Assembly: GCF_052425735.1 (NCBI RefSeq) | Contig: NC_135761.1 | Span: forward strand, 18,910,001-18,974,000 | DNA from: Oculina patagonica | Lineage: Eukaryota | Length of the DNA: 64,000 bases | Direction: 5' to 3' | Shown here: one piece after another, positions 1 to 11,450 of the stretch | How the letters are laid out: each line of letters begins with the position of its first letter | Position numbering within the stretch: the stretch's first letter is position 1 | Translations under genes and position numbers: made by a program | The notes under the pieces: model-generated | What the model was told of the DNA's origin: nothing | Database searches by the model: none | The model's input: only the letters and a program-made list of their open reading frames with translations

Positions 1-960
1 AGACACATCACGTTTAACTTCTCAGTTCACTTGTGTTTGCGTGATACACCCTCAACAGTGAAGGTTCAAGAAATGTTAGTTCAGTTGTTATATTCTGTTT
101 CCTGTATTATTTGGTAAAATGATGATTTAACCTTTTATTTACAGACTATCAGGTAACTCGTTTTGGCAAATATCTACATCTAGGTAAGCATAATTTACTA
201 CTCAACCTATTGGACGTACGTAATCGGTATCTTAAAATATTATTTGCGGTGCCATGTGAATGTGTGGGAGGCCTTCCAAGGGGTAAAAGCGTCACAAGCG
301 ACATGGCCCTGAATACTGGCGACACAGAAACATTTTAACAGCGACAAGCGACACAAGGCGAAGGCAACACAATAGCAGGAAAAAACGACAGCGACATTTA
401 CAGCTTTTGGCTAGGCGACATCGATTCTCAAAAACAAGCGACATTATCTTTCTGTTCTGTTCAACACAAAGGTTTAAATACGGATTACGAACGACGAACA
501 AATTAATGAACCATTCAACATGCATGCGCCATTTGTACGAACCTCAATTAACGTCAGATGAGCAAGTTAAATAATATTTTAAGGCAAAGTTAGAGGTCCA
601 AAATAGAATGATGTATCATTAGGTAATTTAGGGGTGAGAGCCACCATTCGCTTCGAAGAAATAAAATTTAAATGTAATCCGAGGCTTTTTTTCTATTCAC
701 CCCACTGCCAAAAACGAACAAGGAAGAACTATATTGAGACACATCGTGTTTGACACTCGCGTTCAAAATATAATGATGGCTTATTAGGCGATGAACAACT
801 ACTAATTACTTTATAAAATCTAAATTTTAAAATTTGTGCTGTCAGTCGTGTTCTGACAAGAACATGGCAAGAACGCAAACGCTATAGGAGGAAAAATCTT
901 GAGTAAATACTCAGTTCATTTAAGAGCGCGTCCAGCACAACTGCAAAACTTAGTTTCCAA
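1..960 (+). repeat. Local degenerate repeat family, also at ~4370-5030, ~5680-6381, 7395-7635 and ~63060-63230
   Basis: 1-550 is nearly identical to 4443-5030. Sub-unit gatgaacaactac...tgacaagaa..tggcaa..aacga..aagcgcta.aggaag....atc.tgaga recurs at ~790, 6045, 6237 and 63078. Confidence 0.8.
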
Positions 961-2449
961 CTCTATTTCACTTAAACTGACAACTGAAAAAAATAAATTG
1001 CACCAATAATGCTAATAATAATAATAATCCTTCATATTCTCTAATGCGATTATTCTGCCAAAAAATTACAGTCGGTATAAAAAATGAATTCGCCATAGAA
1101 AAATGAAGCAATAGAGTGAATTCGTGTAACCCGTTTTTTATATGCAAATGCCCCGTGTAATATTTAAATGAGCTGTACAGGAAAACAGAAAATTGCGGAC
1201 AAATCGTAATTATTTGCATGTGGAAGTCAGGTTAAAATTCAAGCATTTACCCATATGTAAAAACCAAAACAGATAACGGAGCTTAAAATTTCTCATGCCT
1301 TGAATTGTCTTGCGATTTTAGACCAACATTTTATATTCAACATCCCGTAAAGAAAAATAAATTAAACTTGACTGTAACATAATTCTGCGCGAGCAATCCA
1401 ATGGGGAGCTTTAGCAAATCACGATGACAAGCAACTTTTGTTTAGCAAACAAAAGGTTTAATGAGCAGGAAAATAGCTGTACACGTGTCTTATTACTCTT
1501 GGCAACTTCCCATCTTCTGAAAAACAACAATGTGACATGACTAAATCCTGCGTGATATGAACCAGACCGCTAATTTTCGATGTAGGTTGAACATGTTCTT
1601 GAAGTGCTTAAAGAAAGACACGTCCTGTTTATACTTATTTACTGTATAACTATTAAAGTGATTTCTTTGAGGTTTTCTGACCACTCGTGTGTTGTTTTAT
1701 TGTATTATGATTGTACACAAACATTAGAATATTATACGACTCATTAACATATAAAAAACGGGTTACACGAATTCACTCTAATGGCTGGAAATGAAAATAA
1801 ATGAAGAAGTAGTTTGGTGTTTACAAATTTTAGCTGTTGAATAGAATTTAGCTGTTGAAAGAAAAGGCGTTTCCTTCAATACTAAACCTGACTGACAAAC
1901 AAACGAACAAATGATTTAATTGTAAGTTTCCGGGCATTAAAAAACAAGCATCAAACTAACACCTTCAAGTATAAGTAAATCGTTGTTCAAAGAGCGTGGA
2001 GTGACACGGCAGTGCGCCTAGACGTTTTAAAAGCTGTTTTTAGTCATTTGTGCTCACAATAGTTTCATTGTTTGAAAATCCCAATATCCTAAAAATGTGC
2101 ATAATACAAGAGCTCAAAATTCTTATCAACAAATATTGATGAATTTTTATCGTTCAAAAAGTCCCTTCACTTCAAGCAACTTGGAAAGTGTTTCCAAATA
2201 ATTGCGTGGTATGAGCTTACTGTGGGGACATCAAGTTAACCAAAGGATATGATGATGCCCACCAATAAGAAACTAACTCTGTGTAGGAAATAAATTCTCC
2301 CAAGAAGTACTTGATAAATGAATGAAATCTTAAATGAGAATTTACATGTTAATACCATGTCTTACAGATGCGTCATTAATTGAATTGCAATAAACTGACC
2401 AATCTTATTGCTGGTACTATCGATACATCCTTAGTTTAAACTATACCAG

Positions 2450-3786
2450 TTTTTGAGTCTAATGCTTGCGTGCGCTTTGCGCATGCGCATTAGACTCTTT
2501 GTTATATGAAAAAAGCTGTTGGCAATCCCAAGGGAATGGTTCGGGATCGATAATCGTTCGCTGTAATGTAGAAAACAATGATCAGCTGCAAGAACGGACT
2601 CCGTACGGACACGCACGATTAGTTTCAATTAAAAACAGCCAATCAGCGACACGTGTTCCCACGCATAATTAAAAGTTCTTTCTCAAGTCACGATTATTCA
2701 ACACTTGAACAGGACGAAATAATTTTCCAGTTAAGACATTTGTAAGCTTTTTGTGAAAATAAATCTTCGTTTTCAGTTCAGTTAAGCACTTGTGTTTTCG
2801 TCTTGCTTAAAAAGCAAGACGTCTTTGAGAAAAAATATTTCGACGGCGACTCGCGTTTATTTACACAATGCGACCAAATATTTATTTTGTTTTAAAAAAT
2901 AGAAAACTTTACCTCGGTTTTTGTATTTAAGTCATTCGAATTTTGACCAATTTTTTCTTTACAGTGCAAACAAAAACCTTCAAAAATAAAAGATGTACAT
3001 GGATAAATGTAAATCAAGTTACGCGACTAAATCAAAATGCGTTTGTTTGGCCGCTTTAATTTGCAGTATTACACTGTCCCGGCCTTTGCCATACACTGAA
3101 ATCGAATTTCATGCTTTTACGACTCTCAGAGATCTTAATTTCTTAATTCTTACAGCTAGAAAAATCATAAAATGGTTACATTGATATGGAAGTGATGATT
3201 CGCGAAATTTGTACATCATGATAAACAGTCTTCGCTCCTGTGTATGGTAGCTCGATAATAATTGCCTAGTTTCCAGCGTTCAAAAGGTCATCATTATATT
3301 GACGTGAGCATTAACACCCGTTTTTAGGAAAATCTGTCACTAAGTGCTTACAGTACAATGGAGTAACAGTCACTATTTCAAGTGTTTTTATTGCAAAATC
3401 TGTTTCAAGAGTCATCATCAAAATGGTGAAAAATCTGAAAGAAAACGATGTGAAGTTCTTCAACCCTTGTTGTAATGAACATGCTTTTTGTAAATCGTCA
3501 CGCAATCTTGTCCAAATGTTTAATCGTTTCTGCTTTTACGGACAATACGGAAGAAGTAACATCAACTCCTGTTCATACTTTAAATTTTGTGAAGCATATA
3601 ACATTTATGACTGTTTCGTTTTTATCCATAATCATCCACGATGCCCCTAGCTTGCTATAAGCATTTTAAATTAAACTCCCGAACACAAACCTCTAACCAA
3701 TTTTAACCGGCTTACGAAAACCGCGCAATCTGTATCACTATGCCATACCGCATTAGACTCATGTCACCCTTGGTGACCTATTTTTT
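2450..3786 (+). mobile_element. Non-autonomous Helentron-type (HINE/DINE-1-like) rolling-circle element
   Basis: 5' subTIR TGAGTCTAATGC (2454-2465), nearby inverted copy GCATTAGACTC (2487-2497), 3' subTIR GCATTAGACTCA (3750-3761), 3' hairpin GTCACC-CTT-GGTGAC (3763-3777), T-runs on both sides, no TSD. Confidence 0.75.
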
Positions 3787-6381
3787 AACGTGTTTTAACA
3801 AGGAACAAATTGATCATGCAGTATACAAACTATGGCATAGTGACCAAAATAACTGCAGAAATTCTTTTCTCTTTTAGCTTTCAATTAAGCATTGAAAACG
3901 AATTTTTAAAATATAATTTTTCCTTTTTGGCAATATTTTTATTATTATTTTTATATATATATTTATTTATACTATTTGATTTAACTGTAAATAGACCAAT
4001 GAAAGCGCATAGCGATAGAACACTTATTTTCCTTCTAATTTTCTCATGATTATAAAAAAACAATGCAGGCGTTAAGCAGATTTTATATGAAAGTCTGCGA
4101 CAAATGTTACCACATTTACTACTATTAACTTTTTTCTTCATTAATTATTTTAAATTTACTCACATAAGCCTATAGCAAAGACTTCAGTTTATATGAAGCA
4201 AAAACGTTTACATCGGTGGTGATTTTGTAGCAAAAAACCTCCCCTATATATTAAAAAGTACGATTCTCCTGGTTTTCGAAAAGGAGGAATTTCAGTACAG
4301 AAAATAATAGCTTCAATGGTTTTGACTTTTCTGAAGCGCAAAGTTTTTAGTTCCAAGAGAAAGTTTATGCAAGTTTTCAATCATGTTTTGACAAGAATAT
4401 GGCAAAAACAAACGAGTAAGCGCTAAAGGAAGTAATATCCTGAGACACATCACGTTTAACTTCTCAGTTCACTTGTGTTTGCGTGATACACCCTCAACAG
4501 TGAAGGTTCAAGAAATGTTAGTTCAGTTGTTCTATTCTGTTTCCTGTATTCTTTGGTAAAATGATGATTTAACCTTTTATTTACAGACTATTAGGTAACT
4601 CGTTTTGGCAAATATCTACATCTAGGTAAGCATAATTTACTACTCAACCTATTGGACGTACGTAATCGGTATCTAAATTAAAAATATTACTTGCGGTGCC
4701 ATGTGAATGTGTGAAGCCTTCCAAGGGGTAAAAGCGACAAGCGACATGGCCCTGAATACTGGTGACACAGAAACATTTTAACAGCGACAAGCGACATCAT
4801 TACGGCACTAAAGTGCGACAGCGACACAACGCGAAGGCAACACAATAGCAGGAAAAACGACAGCGACATTTACAGCTCTTGGCTAGGCGACATCGATTCT
4901 CAAAAACAAGCGACATTATCATTTCTGTTCTGTTCAACACAAATGTTTAAATACGGATTACGAACGACGAACAAAATAATGAACCATTCAACATGCATGC
5001 GCCATTTGTACGAACCTCGATTAACGTGAGATGGTGATTTTGTAGGAAAAAACCTCCCCCTATATATTAAAAAGTACGATTCTCCTGGTTTTCGAAAAGT
5101 AGGAATTTCAGTACAGAAAATAATAGCTTCAATGGTTTTGACTTTTCTGCAGCGCAAAGTTTTTAGTTCCAAGAGAAAGTCTAAGCAACTGTGCTTCTCT
5201 CGCCACGCTATATTGGAAAAAATCCGTTTTTCTGACTCACTTTGCTCAAAGTTTAATCTTGGGATCTAAGAAGACCGCTTTTAGTTATTTTTTTTTATTT
5301 TTTTCTGTAGTAGTTGTTCTGTGAACTTAAGAAGCCATCAAAAATATTTTTCTGATAAAAAATGGAAAAGAAAGGGAATATTTGCTCTGCAAATAAAATA
5401 TTTAATTTTTCACCCTCCTTATTCTATTTGTTTAGATACCCCCCCCCCCCCCCCCCCCGCCCTTTCCGCCACGTAGAGCTTTACTTATTATAGGCTAGGA
5501 TGAAACTATTTTCTTCAATGATCGTTAGTTTCGCAAGACTTTTAAAACAAAGGACAAAAATTTAGATATTTATTTTCTAGTGTTACATTTTTTTTCTATT
5601 CTCCTTTTCACAGCCAATATAAAACAAACAACCAAGAACCAACTTAAAACGAACTTAAAAATATGGGGCTAAACTATTCAACATGTATGCGCCATTTATA
5701 TGAAGCTCAATTAATGCTAGACGAACGAAAACTGGTTGTCACTTAATCCTTATGCAATTCAATAGCATTTAATGACACAGAAAGACGTTCAAAATAGAAT
5801 TATGTATAATGGGGTATTGTGTAGAGATGAAAAACTATACCAATCACTTTGAAGAATGAACATCTAAATGCAATCCAAACTTTAGTTCGTAGTGTCGGTC
5901 ATGATGGTACATGAATTAATGTCCCCCATGATCCCACTGTCAAGAACGAACAAGCGTTGCCAGATAAAAATATTTTGACTGAGACATACGTATAACTCTC
6001 ACATTCAAAATAGTAAGAATGTCGTGCCATTTGATTTTTTCCGATGAACAACTACCAATTCAGTACTTCGAAGGATAAAAATCTAAATTTAATCCAAAGT
6101 TCTGGCTTTCAGTCAATATTTTGTCAAGAACCCGGAAGAAATAACGAATAAGCGCTAAAGGAAGAAACATCTTGAGATAGATCACATTTAACTCTCGCCT
6201 TCACAATAAAATGACATGTCATTGGTTAATTAAGTGACGAACAACTACCAATTACTTTTGAAGAATTAACATGTACATGTCATCAAAAGTTTTAGTTTTC
6301 AATCATGTTTTGACAAGAATGTGGCAAAAACAAACGAGTAAGCGCTAAAGGAAGTAATATCCTGAGACACATCACGTTTAA

Positions 6382-7394
6382 GGTGGCTCCATAGGGTTTT
6401 GAGATATCACGGCGCGCGCACAAGTGATACCCATCAAGAGATCATTTTCGCGTTATTTTTTTAACTAGTTAAATAAAAGCTGCCGAAATATTAAAAACAA
6501 GGACTAAAATATGTTGTGTTTTATTCTTTTTTAAAATAACGGCCTTTGTTTTTGAGCTATATCTACTCAAAAAGTCCTGTTTTTTGGTGTTTTTATGGCT
6601 TTGATCTTAAATTTCTTCAATTTTCTTCGGTGAAAATTTTTTAAATTCTCCCAACGGATTGAATGTGATGAGAAGTAACTTTTAAAAACAAAAAAAGTAG
6701 GGGTTGTCCAGGTCGTTTTTGCGTTTTTGGTTATTTTGTGTTTTTTTGACTTAGCCAAAAAACTGGCTTACAATTTTTTTAAAAAAAAACGGCAAAAGGG
6801 GCAGTTAAAAAGGTATTACATCTATGCCAAATTTTAAGGAATTTCACCGAAGGAAACTCTAGTAAATACCAGGGGAAAATTTCTATTTTCGCCCGAATAA
6901 TAATTACGTCATCAGAATAGAAATTGTCCAAGATCGCTATTTGAGCATGCGCGAACTTTCGAACCATACGAGTTGATGTGTAAAGACGAGCGTTCCCCGT
7001 TGTTGTCGGTTTTTGTGCGAATATCTGTTAACCCAAAGGTTAGTTAGAGACATACTTTAATCCTTTATGTAGCAGAATCTCTGAAATTCTGCTCGAAGTA
7101 TCTCACAATCGCGGAGACTATTCTTTATTTTCTCTTTTGCTTTCGATCGTACGAACTTTACAAAAGCGACCAGAAGCACCGCGGACGTTGTAAACACCTT
7201 TTTAGGGTGTTGTAAACTCTTTTATCTGCTCAACACAGGAAAGCACGGGTGTTGTTTCATTGGCAGGAAGCAAGTCTCGCGTTTTCTCGCCGAAAATTTC
7301 ACCCTCGCGTGAAGCCGCCATGTTTGTTTTGATTTGCCGGCATTTCAAGCTCGTACCCATTCTTCGCGCGGTCAAGAAACCCTATGGAGCCACC
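6382..7394. mobile_element. Non-autonomous Kolobok-like DNA transposon, 1013 bp
   Basis: Perfect 18-bp TIRs GGTGGCTCCATAGGGTTT, TTAA TSD (6378-6381, 7395-7398), purine (GG) termini. Empty sites with a single TTAA occur in paralogous repeats near 14 and 4456. Confidence 0.88.
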
Positions 7395-8378
7395 TTAACT
7401 TCTCAGTTCACTTGTGTTTGCGTGATACACCCTCAACAGTGAAGGTTCAAGAAAGGTTAATTCTGTTTCCTGTATTCTTGGGTAAAATGATGATTTAACC
7501 TTTTATTTACAGACTATCAAGTAACTCGTTTTGGCAAATATCTACATCTAGGTAAGCATAATTTACTACTCAACCTATTGGACGTACGTAATCGGTATCT
7601 TACAATATTATTTGCGGTGCCATGTGAATGTGTGAGGCCGGTTACGGGAAGTAGTTCACAATTCTGGGCCTGTTTTCTAATATTCTGACATCTTTTGTCG
7701 CTTCGTTTTTCCACTTTATACTCCGTTTTCTTTAAGTTTGTATCCCAAATTTCCTTCGAGTTTGTACAATCATGATTTCACAGCAGGTTAATTTATTTTT
7801 TCTGTATAACTCAGTGGTACAGGTGCGATTGCTTATAATTATCTTTTTTACCGTACCCAAATTCGCAAGTAGCCAATCAGAAGCGCGATCTACTGTCCTG
7901 ATATCCTACGATATCAAGTCACTGACCTGATATGCCACCATATCACGGTCACTTTGAATTAAAGTAGTGTTTCCGTACTATGAATTGAAAAGCGGTTTTA
8001 CCAATAAAACAGAAACGAGTATTTTAAATTAGCTGGTGCTTACCGGTCGTAAAATGAGAAAAACTTTCCCGCCAAAACTAAACTTGAGCGCGCTCGCCAA
8101 TTGCGCGATGTTTGCCGACGAGTACTGAAACATTCACACTGAAACAATGGAGTCGGAGTTTCCAAATTTTTTGCTGCATTTGGATTTTGAAAATTTAGGG
8201 AATGAAACTCCAAACAAACGAGTAAAAAAATGTGAGAAGAGGGCTTGATAAAAGTGTTGAAGGCCAAAAAAGTATCAATACAAGCAGGTCAACACATTTT
8301 GCACTACGTGTTTGGCAAGCATGGCTTCGACAGAGCGAATAATATCACCGGATTTTTGGCTGAATTTGGGTACGGTAA

Positions 8379-8542
8379 ATACCTAATAGTACCTTTTTGG
8401 TACGCTTCGGCGGCATATCAAGCTCGTTTGGTCTCGCCATGGGTATTTTGGCTCGACTGCGTCTCGCCAAAATACGAACCATGGCTCGACCAAACTCGCC
8501 TGATATGCCGCCGAAGCGTACCAAAAAGGTACGATTAGGTAT
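8379..8542. repeat. Long imperfect palindrome (hairpin repeat), probably a transposon-derived end
   Basis: atacctaatagtacctttttggtacgcttcggcggcatatca... is mirrored by ...tgatatgccgccgaagcgtaccaaaaaggtacgattaggtat. Confidence 0.75.
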
Positions 8543-8634
8543 AAGAATTAACAGTAACCTTGTGATGTATAAATTGATTTAAACATCAAAGATGTACCTT
8601 TAAGTTTTTCAGAGTAATTACAAAGATTTGCCTG

Positions 8635-8877
8635 TCCCGTGTTCACACTGCGTACCCGAGCACTGGTACCTGGGCACCGGCAATTAAAAAATAGCGTCGT
8701 GTTCACACAAAAAACAAAACACTATTAAGTGCGCGCCCGAGTCGAGACCTTGTACTCGAGCACGGGATCCATGCCCGAATTATGGCGTGGGCACTTGAAA
8801 AAACAGTATGTTCATTTTAGCGCCCAGCGAGAATCGTACTCGGGCACCATGCCCAGGCACCAAGTGTGAACATAGCC
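8635..8877. mobile_element. Degenerate MITE (Harbinger-like) upstream of G1
   Basis: Inverted ends tgttcacact / agtgtgaaca(tagcc) with TTA on the right; internal repeated gtgccc/gggcac motifs; left end eroded. Confidence 0.55.
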
Positions 8878-9281
8878 TTATTTCAAACTGTTCCCTAAAA
8901 ACGTCAAATGGCAATTAGATATTTTAAGCTGCTCCGTGGGAAAATGTTCCAGACCTTTAAAGATGTTTTCAATTTTAGGGTACACATGCCATGATTCTCT
9001 TTGTCAACAAACTTACTCTGCCAAATATTTCGTAGTCTTCTTTTCAGCTGTCATTTGCGTTCTTTACGCCTGAACGGCTTTGAAAGAGACTTCGCTTCCG
9101 CAGGCGTTTTGTAATAACTGCCTCCAAAAAACTCTCAACCCACTAACCCATGGTTTACACAGCTTTTGCAAAGCTACCGTCGCCCACACAGGCTAATTTT
9201 ACAACATACTCTTATCCGCAGGCTTCTGGAAATCGTAAATCACTTCGTCAACTGGTAAAATCATACAGCTCAGACACCACC

Positions 9282-11450
9282 ATGTCAAATTTATTGCCTA
9301 TCTTGCTGCTGGTCACACTCTGTGTTGCTCCTGGAAACGGCATCGGCAATCAAACCGGCGACCAAGCTATGGTAAAGTCATATAGTAAATATAATTGTTT
9401 TAGCCATATACTTTCTTTGACATCCACTGGCCCTTTTTTGGTTTAAAATGGCATTTAAAATAGGTTTAATCGCTTTCAGTAAGGACTAAGGCAAAATTTT
9501 GAGGAAAATTTAAATCAAACATAGTATTTTTATAGACTCGCACTAACTTCCACTTGCGTATTATTTGTGTCCAAAAAGTGTATTAAAATAACCTATAAGG
9601 TTAAAGGTCGGGACACACTAGGCGACACGTCGCGGCGACATGTTGCTGCGACACGTCGCCTCGTGTAACACGGTGCATTCTTGCGCGTGCGACAAACCAG
9701 TTGCTGAGGCAAAATTTTGTCGCTGCGATGTGTCGCACGAATTCAAACTGGTTTGAATTCGTGCGACACATCGCAGCGACAAAATGGGAGATAGCAGCGT
9801 TGTCGCAGCGTGTGTACACGCCTGCGACAAATCGCTGCGACAAGTTGCCGCGACAAATTATAAATTAACCAATGAGAGAGCGTCATGTATTTTCGCCGTA
9901 TTGAATTGGAAGAATAGTTCACATTCCCACCCTTCCAAATTCGCTGTTTGTGCACTGAACAAACACCTTGTCGCAGCGACTTGTTTTTAAGCAGTGCACA
10001 AGGAGCGACTCGTCGCTGCGACTTGTCGCATAGTGTGTCCCGACCTTAAGTGAGACTAAAACAACTAAGATACTATAATATATGCACGCCAAACTACCCT
10101 CACTATACGTTGTCAGAGATACTTCCGAAATGGTATGTCGTGTTGGTTCATATTTCATTTTCGTTTGTTTTGGGGTATGGTGAGGTATGTATAATTAATT
10201 TAAAACAAAGGAAAATAAGATTTGAACCAAAGATAAAATTGAAACACAACATGTTTACCATCCGACAATAAACAAATTGTTGTTTTATTCAAAGCCATCT
10301 TCCTTCTGTTGTGCATGTCAACCCGGCACACATGGCAAGCCTGGTTCCCAAGGGATACCCGGACGTGATGGGCGGGATGGTCGTGACGGAAATCACGGAG
10401 CCCCGGGAATGACTGGACCAATGGGACCTCTAGGATTGCAAGGACCAAAGGGAGAACCTGGTATCCAGGGTCCTAGCGGACAAAAAGGGGAGCGAGGAGA
10501 GAATGGAACAAGTGCAATCCCCGGCACTTCTGGTATGATTTCTTATAAGAACTGGAAAGAGTGCGCATGGAATAACGTGGATGATGAGAAAGACAACGGC
10601 CTGATCAAGGTTATTTTTAAGCGTTTATCAACTAAAGCAGAGAAATTAACATTTCTCAACAACTTTAACATTAAAATAAACACAGGAAATTGTATCGACC
10701 AAATCTGGGCAGAACTTAAAAAAATGTAAAGTCTGCGTTCGGGCCTAGTAGCTTATCATTCCAAAGCTAACATGCAGAGCCATCAAAAAGTTACCGAACG
10801 TAAACAAATGTTAAAAGGTGAATGATTCGATAAATTCCTCATGCTTAACTGGATTTAGATTTACTGCGCCTTTCATTAACACGCAAGTTCTGCTTAGTCA
10901 ACAGTTGCGTTTTCTGCTTCCTTCAATCATTAAACAGGACCTCTTAGAATAATAGAAGTTCACTTCATTGGCTTAAAAATTCACGTTTGTCAGTTTTAAT
11001 TCGTAGATTGTTTTTGTTTGTTTCTGTAAAACACGCAATCGGTAGTTGGGTTTTGAACTTCAGAGTTCAAGGCGTTTTAATTTCTTTATTTTTGTACAGG
11101 ACTGTGTGTTTAACAAGAACTTCTCCGACACATCCCTTCATGTTTACTGGACTGGAACCCTTAGAGTCACGAGCTGCACAAACTGTTGCAAACGCTGGTA
11201 TTTCACTTTCAACGATGCTGAATGTGCAGCTCCCCTGCCAATTGACGGTATTGTGTATTTGGGGGGAGCGGCTCAAAATCCTCACCGTGTCCGCCATATC
11301 GAGGGGCACTGTAACAACATCCACAAAGGAAAGGTGCGCGTGGGATTCTGGGTTGGTAATTGTCGCAGTTATGGAAACGCTAACGCCAATACAGGCTTTA
11401 ATGCAGTGTCCCGGATCTTTGTTGAGGAAGTTACCAAACCTCAGGATTAG
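9282..11450 (+). CDS. CTHRC1: G1: CTHRC1-like secreted short collagen, ~251 aa; coding exons 9282-9371, 10295-10609, 11100-11450
   Basis: Exon 1 MSNLLPILLLVTLCVAPG is signal-peptide-like and ends ATG|GTAAAG. Exon 2 has CCAC, ~24 Gly-X-Y triplets (one Gly>Ala) and [15 protein letters not shown]|GT. Exon 3 DCVFNKNFSD...[21 protein letters not shown]...VSRIFVEEV matches the CTHRC1 C-terminal domain (vertebrate [21 protein letters not shown]...[16 protein letters not shown]). AATAAA at ~11591. Symbol denotes family, not orthology. Confidence 0.9.
9605..10046. mobile_element. PIF/Harbinger-like MITE in G1 intron 1
   Basis: TIR AGGTCGGGACACACTA / TAGTGTGTCCCGACCT, TAA TSD, many internal GCGACA/TGTCGC subterminal repeats. 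Confidence 0.85.

Noticed and set aside
5439-5459. Poly-C tracts (also ~19040-19080, 52156-52172) as G-quadruplex regulators
   Set aside because: Simple homopolymers, not conserved between paralogous units.
292-8582. Short ORFs in the first 8.6 kb
   Set aside because: Lie within repeats and transposons, are disrupted between copies and show no protein-like features.
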